This document shows positions 1-15,603 of a stretch of DNA of 64,000 bases, in pieces (the first letter of the stretch is position 1; every line of letters starts with the position of its first letter). The position numbers and the translations under genes were made by a program. Source of the DNA: Antedon mediterranea (Eukaryota > Animalia > Echinodermata); the NCBI RefSeq assembly GCF_964355755.1, contig NC_092671.1, positions 4,898,001 to 4,962,000 of the forward strand. The letters are read 5' to 3'. The notes beneath the pieces are model-generated. The model saw nothing but the letters and a program-made list of their open reading frames with translations. It made no database searches and had not been told where the DNA came from.

Positions 1-2499
1 TGTATGGAAATAGGTTGTATGAGACAATAAATAAAGATATTTAAAAACGCTAATGATTAAATGGCGTCTGTAAAGCAATTAATATTCAAACAGAAATAGG
101 GCAGTTAAAGAAACGAGTGAACGCCGTGCATTATAACATATTTTAAATATTTATTAAGAACTGGACTTAACTTTGGACTCTAACAACTTAATTAAATTAG
201 CAATTGTCGTTATTTTGCTGCTAGGTAAATATGGTTACCAAATGCTGTTAAAGTTCAGACATGCAGTGCAGTCTGGTATGAACAAGCGCGTGTGTACTGG
301 TGCACGTCCGATTTTTTAGGCCTCGTGTTTGAATTAGGACTTGGTTATTTACCCAGGTAATTCGTTTCATATGATATATACAGATATCGCAAATCTGTTT
401 GGAAGGAACTAACTAAATAAATAATAAGTCTGAACAGGCCCATGGAAAAGTACACGTGTAGTAGATTGGTCGGTCTAAACGAGTGTTAAAACGCGTACGC
501 GCGTGCATAAGGTTTACGTAAAGCCATTGCCCTCCCCTTATTGTTTGTTGGCCTACAAGTTTCAGTTGGTAAATACTAGTCACGTGTTTACACCGACAGT
601 TAGCGACTGATCTATACGTCGACTCAGCCATATTTTTCGAGCGTCTGGAGTCTAGTCCAACTATTACACACGGCGTGTTATTACACACGGCGTGTTTCAC
701 CAACGCGTACAATGTTTCGAGTAGGCTGTCTTCCCTATCATAACATGGGACAAGGGCTACAGAATTCAAATGTCATTATATCCACTTGATTCGCATAAAA
801 AAAACCATGTGAGACTAGAATGATAGATTTGCATCCAGTTTACGTGCCTGATAGACACTCTTAATCTGTCATTGCTAAATGATTGAATGTAATAAAAAGT
901 TGTCTTGTGGGGACTCGAGGCACGATTCATTTATATTTCAACACAGCGCGCAACGGTATTCAAACAAGAGACACGTACCTATGTTACTCATTGATCCTCA
1001 ACTGCACTGACGTCATCAATATTAAGTTAATAAATTAATCAAAAAGTATTTTTGTAAATTTTCACTTATCTTAAATCAATTTTAGAACCATAAGAAGTAA
1101 GAGTTTCTAAAAATAAACATCTTCGGCAAAAAAAAATAGTAATCTGAAAATGAGATTGAAAGTTTATTGCAAAATCAATATTGAGGAATGATCTACCGAG
1201 TGTAAATCAATGTTAAATTAATGGACGACGCATCCGTGAATTGTGTTAACGATTTTTGAAGGCTTTTTCTTTGAGGATAGTTGCGTGTTAAGCCTGTTTT
1301 CCTGTCGACGTAACGTTACGGCGAGTTGAGTTGCGTTGAATTTTCAAATCGAAGAAACCAGACATTGCGAGGATGAGGATGTTCCAATATGACTGTTATT
1401 GTAGTTGAACTGAATGTTCTCTGCAGCGATTGTTTTTTTCGTACTCCTTAAGGCAAGATCCTAAATATAACTTAACCTAACGCTATCTCTCTCTCACTAT
1501 AAAGCTGCCCATGGGATTCGAATCACATACATCAACATGCAAACCATTCGACTACAGCGTTAGAATTAGTCAATTCTTACGTCATACCTCATGCTTATTT
1601 TGTCTTTAACAATTTTTTAACATTTTGTCGTGATATAATCAAATTTTTTATTTACCTTAACACACATAATTTATATATTCTGAATGTTAAATATTCTGAA
1701 GATATTATAAATATTATTATCATGTATAAATGGCGAAGATGAGAAAGTCTGTGAGAATGAACCACAACCGAGATTCGAACCCGATATTTTCTGCTTGATA
1801 TTCAGATATCCTATACCACTGGGGCTTCCGTATGATATGGTTGAAATTCGATTAATATTTTAGTGTTTGCCGTATGGAAATTTTCTGAAACGGTCAGTGC
1901 CTTCAATAAAATATACGTTAGCATTGCATGAACTTTGTTAGAGTTTATAAATAACAAAATCAAATTAAATAAAATTAATGTAACAAAAATACCAATTCTA
2001 ATGTCAAGTTCACTATTGACTAATAGTAATCAACGAGTAAAACAATATTCACTGAGCATGATGACGTCGCTACAAAACACAGTTCAATCAAATATTTTTT
2101 AAGACCACAATTATCAACATTAATTGCATGTTGTCATCTCTAGAGTCTTGATATAATTGGTGCTTGATTAAGTGCAGTGGTTGTCGATAGATGGGCAGTG
2201 AAGATTGGACTGTTTGTCGATTAAAAAATACTAATGTATCTGTTGATAACGCAGGTTATATAGCGTGTTTCCCACTAGATACGTAACGCATGGATGTAAC
2301 GCAACGTAAGTTATTTGACCAATCAAAGGCGATGGATTATTCGAACAGTCATTGGTTAACTTGCTTGCGTTGCTTTTACGTACTTGCGTTGCGTCTAGTG
2401 GGAACCAAGCTTACGTTTATTTCATTTAAAAAAAAACAAATTGTTTCTATTTGTATATGTGTAATTTACTGACGTTGAATTATTTGTCTTGCTTTCCAG

Positions 2500-2571
2500 T
2501 GGCTAATCTACCTCCAGGGCATACTGCCGAGGAGGTTGGCGAACACGGAAATACTCAGGTAGTCGTTGCAC
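2500..2571 (+). CDS. Candidate upstream PDE1 coding exon (72 bp, phase 1/1)
   Basis: Acceptor ttgtcttgctttccAG and donor C|GTAAGT. Open frame ANLPPGHTAEEVGEHGNTQVVVA joins the phase-1 exon at 16596. No homology support. Confidence 0.4.
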
Positions 2572-4002
2572 GTAAGTATATTCGTTTATAATTCCCATAA
2601 ATAGACTTAAGCTTGGTTCTCACTAGAAAACAAATCTGCCGCAATGCAACGTAACGACGCAACGTATTATAGACAAAGTAGTTGTAGTAAGACATGTATG
2701 AACATAACAGTAATCGTTATTATTTAGTATATAATATATATAATTATCATATAATAATACTGATACCAGCTTATTTATAATAACGAAATATAATATATTC
2801 TTCTACCAAATTATAGTAATAATATCATTAATTGAATAATTTTTATTTTGATCCACTTAACTGCATAAAGATACATATTTTGATATGCGCCTGTAATTAT
2901 TGATCTTTTGTACGCGCGCGTGAAATTCATGTCTCTGTCGCGTATCATTGACGATATCAGTAACATAATCGGTATATAATTGCCTCGTATAACTTTCAAC
3001 ATTTCTGAACTTGCTCTGTTATGCAACACAATACATTAATGGATTTCAAAATCTAACACAAAAAAAAACTCATGGCGGCAACATTAACATGATCATATCT
3101 ACTAATGTCTTATTTGACGTCATACAGTTCTCAATAATTTGTTTGAATCCGGTAATAACTTCTCTAACCGTTGATTACCGTAATATTACAACTCATTATT
3201 GTATGAGATATCTCGTACAATTCTTGTTTTTTTTAGTTGCTTCTTAGGTAAATGACAATATTTTGATCATTCGCATTTAATATGCCTATAATCTTCGAAG
3301 TACATATTCTTGGCATGAGTTTGGTATATTGATTTTTGAATTGCTGAAGATTTCTTGAGGCTGTGTTATTTAATCAGACACGATTGTTCTACTACCTAGC
3401 TAGTAGTCATCAATGAACACGCGGTATTGTTATGCATTGATTCACTACCTTCTTACGCTTTATACGTTCGTGTGGTTTTTTTCTGGATGTTATGGAGTCA
3501 ATTATAGAGAAGAAAGAGGGTTACCACAATGGTATTGAGGGTACGTTATCTATATATAAATTTACGTAAGGGCAAAATTCGGTAAATCGCGCCTTACTTT
3601 TAGAATTTTTACTCGATGGTATGTAAAGTTGGTTCGTACTTTCGGTATTGATTTTAACCACCTGATGTAACCCTGTTTACTAATTAAATTAAGTTAGATA
3701 ATTAGTTATTGACGATTAAAACGAATTTAGGTTCAAAGATTTGCCCCAAATAGGGGTGTTTTCCGATCGTGGTATACACTGTCTAATGGATGTCCATCTT
3801 GAAAAATACCCGCCACAAAAATGCGAGGAGGCTTCGCATTTTTCTATCTCCTCCTACGATAATTGTTTTTAATAGCTGAAAACCGGTTGAACAGTTCGAG
3901 TACAGCATCATAATGTTGAAGACAGGCCGATTTTCTTTAAAAAATACTATTTTGTTACATTTAATATACGTTTTTACAAATGTATTGATTTGTGATGAAT
4001 GG

Positions 4003-4526
4003 AACATTCCAAATTATTTGGTTTAACCATACAGGTATAGATTTAGATTTATGGGCCTCCTTGGAGAATAAACATAAATAGTATTGCAATGCTGTACAAT
4101 ACTGTTAAGGTATTAACCACTTTTGATCGCAATTTGAATCGCAAATGTCTTACTGTGAGTGTTGGTACTGTTAGATGTAATATAAAAATATATACAAATA
4201 AACTTTATTACTGTGAGTGTGGGTAGGCCCTACTGTTAGATTATAAACATATAATATACAAATAAACATTCCAAATTATTTGGTTTAACCATAGAGGTAT
4301 AGATTTAGATTTATGGGCCCCCTTGGAGAATAAACATAAATAGTACTGCAATGCTGTACAATACTGTTAAGGTATTAACCACTTTTGATCGCAATTTGAA
4401 TAGCAAATTTCTTACTGTGAGTGTTGGTACTGTTAGATGTAATATAAAATATATACAAATAAACTTTATTACTGTGAGTGTGGGTAGGCCCTACTGTTAG
4501 ATTATAAACATATAATATACAAATAA
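4003..4526. repeat. Tandem duplication, 2 x 262 bp
   Basis: Near-identical units starting at 4003 and 4265, each with an internal ~55-bp duplication. Confidence 0.9.
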
Positions 4527-7166
4527 ATAAACGTTATTACTGACAGTTGCTTCTCAACGTTTGTATTAATTAATAATTTAAAAATATATAAACGTCGTAG
4601 TGGTGTATCGTTACATGTACTTTACTATTTCAATCGACTATGACAGTGAGAGTTTTAACAAAGTACCGTATTAAATCGTAAATGTTTTACTGTATTTAGT
4701 GGTATATTATTTATAGGCCTATAAAACATTAAAAACAATATTTCGTTACTGAGTGGATAAGAATATATTTTAAAATGTTTCCTCTTTGTACCTATCTTCT
4801 TTCCCCATCCCTCAACCCTTAATGTTACATACAAAACACAAATTGGGTTTGTTTAAATGAGTCCGAATAAAAAAATTTGTTTCTCTCTCGGAAGTAATTC
4901 CCAGTGTGCTAATTTTGGTTGACTACATAAATCATTGTGTATATTTATTCGTTTCTGTAAACGACAATGTATTATAGTCCTGCGGTACGTACATTTGAAA
5001 TCTCCATTTTTTTCTCGCTGGAAATACTGTGTATTCGAGAACCATCTGTGGGCACGACCTAGATGGTACGCGAGCGAAGCGAGCGTGCCATCTAGTTATA
5101 CATAATTTGTAGTCTAGTCGTGTTGTAGATAAATGACGCTAACGCAGTTCTTATACTGATGTCTCCATGGACGTATTATTTCTATGACTACATTTGATTT
5201 TTCACCTGTCTTTTGTGAAAGTAATACCCACAATTTTTGTTCCCCAATTTTTTTTTGGTACATTTTTATAGGCATTATAGGCCTACTCTAAACGTATAAG
5301 CATGATACACTTGTTGACTTTTGTATTTTCTTGTAATTTTAAGGGAACACTGTCGTCAACAAGTTCATTTCGAGTGTTTATTTGTTATCTGTTTCCTTTT
5401 CATCTCTTTATCGACCTATTTTTCTTTTCTGATTTTTCTTTATGTTTTGATAATATCCATGATGATTTTATTTGAAATAGCAAATATAATAATAACTTTA
5501 ATCAATAATAAATATGTAAAACTTTATGATAGAATACAGTACAATGGTATACAATATTTTTAATTCATTAAATATTCCCATTTTATAAATTGAATAAGCA
5601 ATGATTTTCTTATCGTTTATTATTCAACCAGCATAATATACAGAGAACCAGCTAACTCTTGTATAGGCCATGACTATCTTTTTTGTACCATGCATTCGAC
5701 TTCAAAATGTTAATCCTCTCTTTTAATATCATGTTGTTAATCCATTTTGCCATGATTATTTCAGTTACACAACTTTTACGCGCGCGTACAAACTATGTAC
5801 AGACGATTTATTTAACTTTTTTTCTGATTTGATTTTATAAATTCAATGCTTATACAGATAAACTGCAGATTCTGACCTTTGACCTCTCATCTACCACCTT
5901 CCATGTTTATAGCCAAAATAAAACGCAATTTTACAACCGCGACGTTATATCAACTAGTCTTCTTTAATAACAATCTTTGTTAAAAAATCTTTAATTTAGA
6001 TTTCAAACATGTACGGACGGAATGTTCTTGCGAACCTTCAATCGCAGTAGTCAGCATGATTCTTGTAATTATTCCATCGCGTTCTGTCAGAGTAGTTTGA
6101 ATAATGTCCTGAAAGTCGGATTAAAACGAACAGTCTCAACAACAAATCCTCGACTTGATTAGAAATTCGTATTATGGGTTTGACCGTGGATTTATACCGT
6201 AGAGACCATTTATTACCATACACGAATTGTTAGTTTCTTGAGATGCGTTCAGCGTTGCGTATTATAACTAGTATGTAGTACGTTCTTTTTCCATTAAATG
6301 TGTATATTTTTGTTTCCATCTACGAAATAAATATTATAAATCACCTCAATTTCGGTAAACAATCTTGGTGATTTCCTTTTGTCTCACCATTCCACTTCAA
6401 TGAACGGATTCATAAGGTATTTTCAAAGAATTATATTAATAATGATTTTTAAAAATAAACCATAATAAATTGACAAAACTATCCCCTCTTTTAATCGATT
6501 AAAACGACTTCAAAATCCACTAGATATCAACTTCAAGCCGCCGATTAAATTTTCTACATATAGGCCTAGACGCTCGGTAATTTAAGTATTATAATACGCA
6601 AACCAAATTTCCGACACTGCCATTATAACCCACAACTATACGTATCAAAACAAGTTACTCAAAACAATATTTATTCTGAATATTTAGCAATAATAATTAT
6701 GTGATAATTACGGTATCTATATATAAATTATGGTTAGGCCTATAATATTAATTATTGAAATTGTTTTTTAAGAACATATCTTCGAATGTGCTACTGATTT
6801 TTCAAATTGACGTCAACGCCAATGAAAATGTTTTCAATAATTACTAAAAATTGATAAACAATAGGCCTATAATATGAAAACAACTACTATTAATAATGCT
6901 ATCGTCCGTCGTGACAAACAGTGACGATAATAAGTGGCACTCGTTTAACGTCTGATTTTAATTTATATTTTAAGATAATTATAATGATATAATACATGTT
7001 AAAGTTGCCAAATGATAATAGGCCTATATACTTAGTTGGTTATTTCTTAGCAGATTTTTCACAAATCTAGGAAAAATTGCTTCCAATAGCTTTCTTCGCC
7101 AAAGTGTTCAGAAACATGTCTACCATCCAATAAACATGGTAGATATTTTGTATTGTTGTTTCGTAA

Positions 7167-7315
7167 AGCTCTGTCTACACTATCTAACTTTATGTGACAA
7201 AAAAAATGTGATGTGCCCATATATGGACATGATATATCATATTTAGGAATATCACTACCATATTTGGGCACATCACACTTTTTTGTCAAACTAGTTTGAT
7301 AGTGTAGACAGAGCT
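7167..7315. mobile_element. Harbinger-type MITE family A (AGCTCTGTCTACACTATC...)
   Basis: Palindromic, exact TAA TSD; further copies near 11738-11880, 27660-27747, 41806-41922, 44000-44050 and 49062-49190. Confidence 0.85.
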
Positions 7316-8578
7316 TAAGATGTCAACGTGAAAAGAAAATAACTGTCACATGAATGTATTTGTGTGAAACATATGGCCCAACAGACTGGATGCAATTTAA
7401 TGCCCTGTTACCTCTGTGGTGACATTAGCCATATTTCAGTTTAAATTCATTGCTTTTTCAACATTAGCTGAGTGTAATGTGTTATATATAAATAATTGTA
7501 CGGAAATTAAACGCACATTATAAAACAGATTTCCATAAAAAGGATAAGCTTTATTTTTGTTTTGTTATAATAATGTTTTAGTTTCTTTCCCTTTAACAAA
7601 CATATTTGTTTATTATCCCAACATAAATCCTCGTTTGCTGTAATCACACTGTAAGATGTATCGCGAGCAAACTTACAATCTCCATCAATTTCTTGTTGCA
7701 AAGTCGTATCATCCCATCATTGTTTGAACGCGCGCGTCGTATCCGTCATCGTTTAACGCTCGCGTCCTTTCATTTTTTAAACGCGGTGAAATGTTCATCA
7801 TTGTTTGATCGCACGCGTACCATTTTCGTTATCGTTTTAATGCGCACAGCATTGTCATTATTGTTTGACCCACACGTCATTTCCATCAACATTTGAACGC
7901 CTCGTATTATTTCCATTACCATATTGAACTTCCATCGTTGTTTAGACGCGCGCATCGTTTTATTTCCATCGCAGTTTGAACAAGCACATCAATCATCGTT
8001 TAAACGTGCACGTCGTGTCATTTTCATCATCGTTTGTGAACGTGCACGTCAAATTATGTCGATCTGTGAGTTTACATCGTTTCTGAAAGCACATTTAAAA
8101 ACATTCCAACTTCATGTTTTATAGAAATGTTTGCAAGTTAATTTAAATTGTCTTTTACTGTTAAATGTACATTACATTAGAGTAATCAAAAAGGTTACAT
8201 CCGTCAGAATGCATCAAGTATTCTATTACTCGATTCCCCATACGACATCATAACACTTACCGTATACCTTCTTTACTTACACTTAAAAATATGAGCTTTA
8301 ATTCGTAAATTTATTTGATTCTCAAATTACGTTGCAGAAACGTGATCAAGACGACACAGAGTTGTTTCTGATTGATTCAATGAGAATAGACGGTAACGTT
8401 TGAATAAACAATCGTTTAAAATTACGGAAACCCATTGGTAAATTACGGATCCGTTAGTGCGGGTCCGTTGGTAATTGGATAGCAATAAGCTTCTGTTAAT
8501 GTGTCCATTGATATCAATGAGTTTAAAATTCAATGATTCTGATCTTTCTAACAGTTTTTTTGTATCCATTAGTAAGTA

Positions 8579-8728
8579 GTGGAGCTATAGCTTGGTGGTT
8601 AACGTGCTTGCCTTCCACAACAAATGTCTCGGTTTTAATCCTTACGTTGCATGCCAGGGCAGTAACTTACGACTCTTTCAACTCCACTTCCTAAGCCTCA
8701 ATTAAGACTTAGTTTATAAGCACGATAA
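8579..8728 (+). mobile_element. tRNA-derived SINE
   Basis: tRNA-like head (GTGGAGCTATAGCTTGGTGGTTAAC) plus body CCTAAGCCTCAA; homologous copy on the - strand at ~44708-44852. Confidence 0.6.
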
Positions 8729-11700
8729 ATTATAAAATATTTGATCCATCCTGTATTGGAAAATTAAATTTAGTGTCTATTCTTTAGTTAATTTATTCCC
8801 TTTTCTGTGTTGAGTCTAAATTATAATTTCTCTTTAAAAGTGTGAAACCTGAAGTATGACCTTTTTATCATTAAAACGTCGACCTGTTTATCAAAGTAAA
8901 ATTAGACCGTTGTTGGACTAACTGACAAATCCTCATCAAAGAGACAAATTAAAACGATGTTACTTAGGCCTGAACGGTTCTTCAGTGAGTTTGTCACTAC
9001 ACGTGTTTAAAATTGTTAGCATATTTGGCTAGTTCATTAGGCGAATATAAGGAAGTTAGCAAAAGACTTGTATCAACATATTGTTTGCTTTTGAAACAGA
9101 ATCAATCAAACATGGCGGACACAATTTAATTAAAGTTGCAACAGCCGATTTATATACAGCACACTGAAAAAAGCACTGCTACTAAATAAACAATAATAAA
9201 GTAAATAAGTTCAAAAGAGGTTACCAAACATCAATATAAATTATTTAAAAAGCGCGTACAAAATATGTTCCATTTCCATCATTAAGTAAACACGCGGTGC
9301 ATTCCATTTTCATCAGTGTTTAAACGCGCGCGTAAAAGCACATGTACATGTCCATCATCGGCGCTTCAACGCGCGATTCAAATACCATACCTCTTCGATG
9401 TGACGAATTATTACAATAAAATAATTGTTTAAAAGGGTACGGTATACTAGCAATTAGTTTTACTTTACTTCTACTTTACTAGTTTTTTATTGTTATGTCT
9501 TACTGATTATATAGGAAAAATCATGGATTCATATCAGCCGAAATAGGTATACTAATTACCATAAATGACAAATGAATTTCTTGTTGTATTACGAACAGAC
9601 TAACTATAACTGCCGAGTGTTACAATGTGACTAAACATTTATTGCTATATAAATATTCTCTTACTTTAATTTAATACCGTTATATCATTCGAGGAAAATA
9701 GACCGTTATGTAACACGACTATAGTATAGGCTAGTTACAGTTAATTTTAGATTACAAAACGTGGATCAATGTAAACATTTTATTACGCCATGAATATTCA
9801 CTTTTAATTTAATACCGTTATCGCATTCAGTTGAAATTGACCTTTATGTAACAAGACTATTTAAGAGGATAGTTACAGTTGAATTTAGATTACAATGAGG
9901 ATACTATCTACTAAAACTAAAGTTAATGCCTTCTCTTAAAGGAGAAGTCGTCTCCAAAATCTTCCCATGACATAAGTAGGCGCATGCGTACTTAATTGTA
10001 GTACATTTACGTGTCTGAAAACACCAATCACTCTCAATATCGCATACGTATTATGTAATCAACACGAAGAGACGCAAATTTAACGCGCGCGTACAAATAC
10101 TGGAAATTTTCAAATATTTGATGTCACAGACAAATAGCAAATGATAAATTTAATTCTATGTCGTCTACAAGATGAAATATTTTCCATTTTAACTTTCTGT
10201 GTTTATAAAAATAAAGTCAAACACAGACTAGGACTTGTTAAAAAATGTCCATGGTTAATGTTCACTGCGGAGTTAGAAGATATAATCAATTGTGAGTTTT
10301 TAATAAATAAAGAAAAGGCAAAAAAAATGTGGTCAGATATGGACCGTAACAATTTAGCAAGGTATAAAATTAACGTTTATAAAATTGATATTTAGGTAAA
10401 GTAAAATATAACTTGCCTGAAAGAGATAAAAAGAGTTATAAAATTAAGAATTCTGTGGTAAATTATACGTACATTATTGTTAAGGATTGAAAAACGTGTA
10501 AAGAGTGTATAACATAGAGGAATTTTTTTGTACTGAAAGTTAGTTAATGTCAATTATATTGTATTGTATCATTACATTACTCATGTGCTCAATGTACTCA
10601 TTGTAAACGAACATTTTATTGATGAAGAAATAAAAGTGGGTCGATCCTACATAAGACAAAAAAAAAACAATGTTTTTGTTTGTTTTTTTTGTCAAAATAT
10701 CTCTGTAATCCAATTCTTTGCAGAAATTCACTTTTAATTATAATAATTATTAATTATTTTTCAATTAAATTATTTTATTGTTTTTGTACGTATTTTATTT
10801 AAAATAATGCTTGCAGTCGTTGTGTTTGTAAACCAGGATATACTGTGATATGGTCAAAAGTACATCTATAACCGGTAAACTCTATATAAATATAACTGTT
10901 AATTTGAAGTGACATTACAATCCACATAGGAAAGAACACGATACATGGAATAAACACGAATTGTCGCGTGATCACGCGATAGATAAAGTTGAAAGTTATT
11001 ACTGGATGGTAATTAATGATCTGGAAAAAAAATAAATATGCATTTATAATTTGGGAAGGAACTAACTGCGTTGATTCGATAATTGCGTTACAACAAAGTA
11101 CAACTCTTGATTCCATCGAACTATTTAATCTTTCGCATACATAGCTTTTCTTGTAATAAAAAATAATAAGATGTTCACATTTGTAGACCTACATATGTGA
11201 AACTTATCTCATGGGATTGTTTATGAACATGTTACATTATTTAATGGTTATTGAAGATGTCAAAATTAGCGCAAAATAAGACTGTACTCATGTGTATATA
11301 CAGGTGTAAATCTCAAAAACCCGTGAGACAAACTTGTTATATTATTCATTTATGAATTTTTTTGTTGACGCGCGATATCCTCCTGTCTATATAGCCTAGG
11401 TATTTTTTGTTGTTGCAGAATGAAGCAAACATCATGAATTAGAGCGAAGCAAATATGCATAATTCATTTATAAGGATACAGTAAAACTACACTATTATTT
11501 AATGGAAAATTTTCGAATTGTTTTCATATGGTTTTATATGAACTATCGTACGTATTTATTACTGGTTTAAGGTAAAGAATTGTATACAGAAAATGGAAAA
11601 GTATCGTTTTAAAGAATGTAACATAATGGAAGAATTGTTTAATTTTAATTTTTTGGTTATCGAGATATTATCAAGTGAGTTCGAGTTTTGTCTGGAAACA

Positions 11701-14700
11701 CGAATGTGTATAAAATAACAAATAATGCATCCATAAAACCTTATCTACACTATCAAACTTTATGTGACAAAAAAATGTGATGTACCCATATATGGTAGTG
11801 ATATGCCAAATATAGTAGTGATATGATATCATCATGTTCATATATGGGCACATCACATTTATTTGTCACAAAGTGTAGACATCTTTAGGAGAAAAAATAT
11901 CTTGCTGTGGGCCATTAATGTCCTTTGCCAAAAGTTGATAGTCCCTCATGTATAACATGATATAATTCGATCAAACGGTGTCATGTTGGAGATAGGTAGT
12001 CAGTAGAAAGGTAGTATAGTGAGGATACAAGAACCTGTATGATGTCATTGTGTTTCTAGACATAACTGTACGGTAGCTTACCTCATTCAACCTTGGCTGT
12101 ATTTAGTAAAATCATCAGTCAGAATCAGAACTTACACCATGTTTTCTTTTCTAATCATTGACGTCCACTTCAATTAACGTTACTTCGATTAAGTTTACTT
12201 TTCATTGATTGCTGAATCAATCTGAGTTGAATTCACTGTGTGGTATTTATTTCGCGAAATATGAACTCTCAAACATGGTAATAATTATATTAATGACAGT
12301 TGAAATTATCAACCGTTTTCGTTGAATATCGTGTTAAAATTTAAAGCAAAACTTGTTTAAATACCACCTTTGTAAAGAATTGATGGAAACAATTGTGAAA
12401 CTCTCAAAGGAAAATTGTAATTTTAAAAAAGAATTCCTAAAATTGAAAGAAAATAAATCTGATAATCATCAAATGAATTAGAGAAAACAAGTTCTTTAAA
12501 ATTTAAGAAAGTGTTGATTGATAACATTCATGAATTCGCGAAATTGAAAAAAAAAACACACCTTTTTTCTGATTTAGCATTAAAAGAAATGACAAAACAT
12601 AATTTGTTGATGAGAACATTGCGCATTAAATGTTTGGTTGTTATTGCACATATATATTAATGAAGATACCTCGCTGTTCATTACTCACAATGTAGATTGT
12701 TGTTTGCTGACAATTACTGATTTAATCGCCTGTGATACATGGCTTTGTTTCTTCAAGATATCTTACGTTATTGATATATTTCCTGTTAATACATTCACGA
12801 TGTAGGTTTATTGCTTTTAACATCATGATTACTGTCATCGGACAAAGATGCATGTTGTATCTATTTTTTAGAGTAAAACGAAATGTGACGTCACAGTCGG
12901 TGATTTTTATTAATCAAACTTTAAAAATAAGTTATGTGATTTTATGAAAGCTTTTTGGCTAAATTAATAGTCTCGTAAATTTAGGATCTTTAAAGAGCGG
13001 TGTGTACGCGGCGTACACTGAACTGAGCCGCCATTTAGGCTGAGCCGCCGTTGCGTAGGTTGCGGTGCGTTGCGTCGCTAGTGGCAACCAAGCTTAAGTA
13101 TTCGAATATATAGGCCTACATAATGATTGTTTTTCTCCCGCGCGCGGTGTTCATTCATATTTTTTAATTAAACATTAAACCACCATAAATTCTTCTATAT
13201 CCTCGCATACATCTGAACAAATTGGTTTTTTTTCTGTGCAGAATTTATTGAATTTCATTTTAAAGTACGTTACATGTTTCTTATAGCATGTAATTGTACG
13301 TCGTATCCGATTTGGATTGTACAAAACAGTCGATTAAAGTACAACTAAATTCAGGTGTTTTAAATAATGATGGTTTTCCTCAGTCGTTCAATTGATGCGA
13401 GGAAACGTTGAAATGTGTTTCGGAAATTAAACGGTTTATTACCTGAATGCTGAATGTGTGTACCATAATGTAAATTAATTTTCTCATTATCAAGCGTTTT
13501 TCAGACCCTAAATCTATAAACTACAGTATATAATCCCTATTAAGGGGATATCTTTGGGACAAAAAAAACGTGTTCCCTTAATATGTTTGTTTTGTTTTAC
13601 ATTTCGATTTTAGATTATTCATTTAAACAATTATAATTTGTTTTATGTAGTGACAACTAGTTACATTGCTTCAAGGTAAAATGCCATCAAAAATAATACA
13701 GCATATAGTCCAGTAAAATATCACCTTCACCATTGCATAACGTTAGTAGTCAACGAGATTCTCACCGTAGGTTCTAAACATTATGTAAAGATCATTTATT
13801 GATGTTGCGTCGCGTAAAAGTTGGGATTTGTGGAGAAAATGAAGTTTTTATACGCAGTTTTTGCTTCCTTTCGTCGTGGTTTGTTTTCATCGAAAAATGA
13901 CGTCATGGGGCATAAGTGAATGACACGCCATTGTCGACATTTGCGTTCGTATTAAAAAGTGAATTTTAAATGTACGAATATGGTATTAATTATCTGTATT
14001 ACATTGTATTATTATGTATCGCATATATAACAAGTCATTTTGATAAAAAATAAGTCAAATAAATATGAAAAACAAAAGAAAATTGTGATTTTTGCATGTC
14101 ATCTAAAGTGACCTTCCATACAATGTGATAGCGCCCTCTATAAGTATTGATACACTCGAACTTCAAACTGCAAGCTTTTTGTTGTTATATTCATTCATTC
14201 AGAAATACAATTTAAGGAAGGAATCGAATCAAGGGCATTATTACTTGGTTTACTATATATTTATGATGTTTTCCCCAAAAATAATTACCAGTATGTACAT
14301 TTTGCGAATTGTAGATGTACCGGCGGTATGAAATTAAAAAAAGCTGTTTACGCGGTCTGTAGCCTAACGATATCATAATAATTATATGTATAAAATAATT
14401 GTTACTTTTTTCTGATAAATCAGTATGAATAATAATGTTTACTTAGCGCTGCTTTAAGCACCATATTTAAAAAAAAGAAACAAATTGATTTAAGCTTACT
14501 TTTTGTCACGTTTTCGGTAATTAATCGTCTTCTTCGCTCTCACTATCTGATTCGTCACTGTTCTCATCATCCGATTCTGTTGGAAGAGGCCCCAGCAAAT
14601 CGTTATCGCCAACGCACCATCCGTTATTGTCTTGAGGTTTTGGCAACTCTTAAATCGGCGTTAGTGCGAGCTTCCAGATCACGACTTGATAGTTCGATCG

Positions 14701-14899
14701 TGCGTCGTATATGTTGATGCAAGCATCTACGCGACGGTGGAAAGTTAGCTAAATCAATGTTTTTTAACACTGATTATCCGTCTTTTTCCTTGCATTTCCT
14801 GCGAAGAAAGTAAAATCTAAGTTCATCGGTACTCCTTGATTTCGATCGAGATCCAGCGATGTTTTTTTTTTATATTGTTACATTTTGTTTCGTCCATTA

Positions 14900-15600
14900 T
14901 TGCAAAAGTCCTATTCGATACAGGCAGTGGCAGGAATTGACGAATAACCAATCTCACAGTTTAGCCACTGAAATCACCCCAAGTCGATGTAATGCCATTC
15001 TAGGGCTGCATGCGTTCACAAAGTGCAGCACGACCAGCGCTTTCAAGGGAAAAGGAAAATTAAAGGCCATTAAACTTGTCGAAAAATATCCAAAATTTGA
15101 AGAGGTTTTCAAGAAAGTAGGAGAAAGTTGGAAAGGAGAAGAAGAGTTAATGTTGGAACTGGAATAGTTCACGTGCCTGTTATTATATGGATTCCGTTCG
15201 AAAGCAAGGCGTAGGCCTACCGATGAACTTAGATTTGACTTTTTTCGCAGGAAATGCAAGAAAAAAAAACCGGAATAATCAGTGTTAAAAAAACATTGAT
15301 TTAAAAATTAGCTAACTTTCCACCGTCGCGTAGATGCTTGCATCAACATATACAACGCACGATGATCGAACTATCAAGTCAGGATCTGTGGAGGCTCGCA
15401 CTAACACCGATTTTACGAGTTGCCGAAACCCCAAAACAATAACGGATGGTGCGTTGGCGATAACGATTTGCTGGGGCCTTTGTGGTGTGAAAGCGAGATT
15501 CTTCCAACAGAATTGAACGAGCGATTGCCGAGAACGACTCCTTTAACTCGGATGATGAGAACAGTGATGAATCAGATAGTGAGAGCGAAGAAGACAATTA
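14900..15600 (+). pseudogene. Degenerate Academ transposase C-terminal (XPG-like) fragment
   Basis: Motifs are split across ORFs 14859-15167, 15334-15516 and 15420-15659 by stops and frameshifts. Confidence 0.75.
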
Positions 15601-15603
15601 ATT

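Noticed and set aside
413-769. 118-aa minus-strand ORF
   Set aside because: No recognisable domain, non-ATG start, no splice support; probably chance
8579-8660. tRNA-like sequence (also ~1750-1830, ~40270-40330 and ~44790-44852)
   Set aside because: Degenerate cloverleaf attached to a repeated body; SINE heads, not tRNA genes
9663-9895. Old ~137-bp tandem duplication containing TAGGCTA in one copy
   Set aside because: The difference is substitution rather than insertion, so it was not counted as footprint evidence
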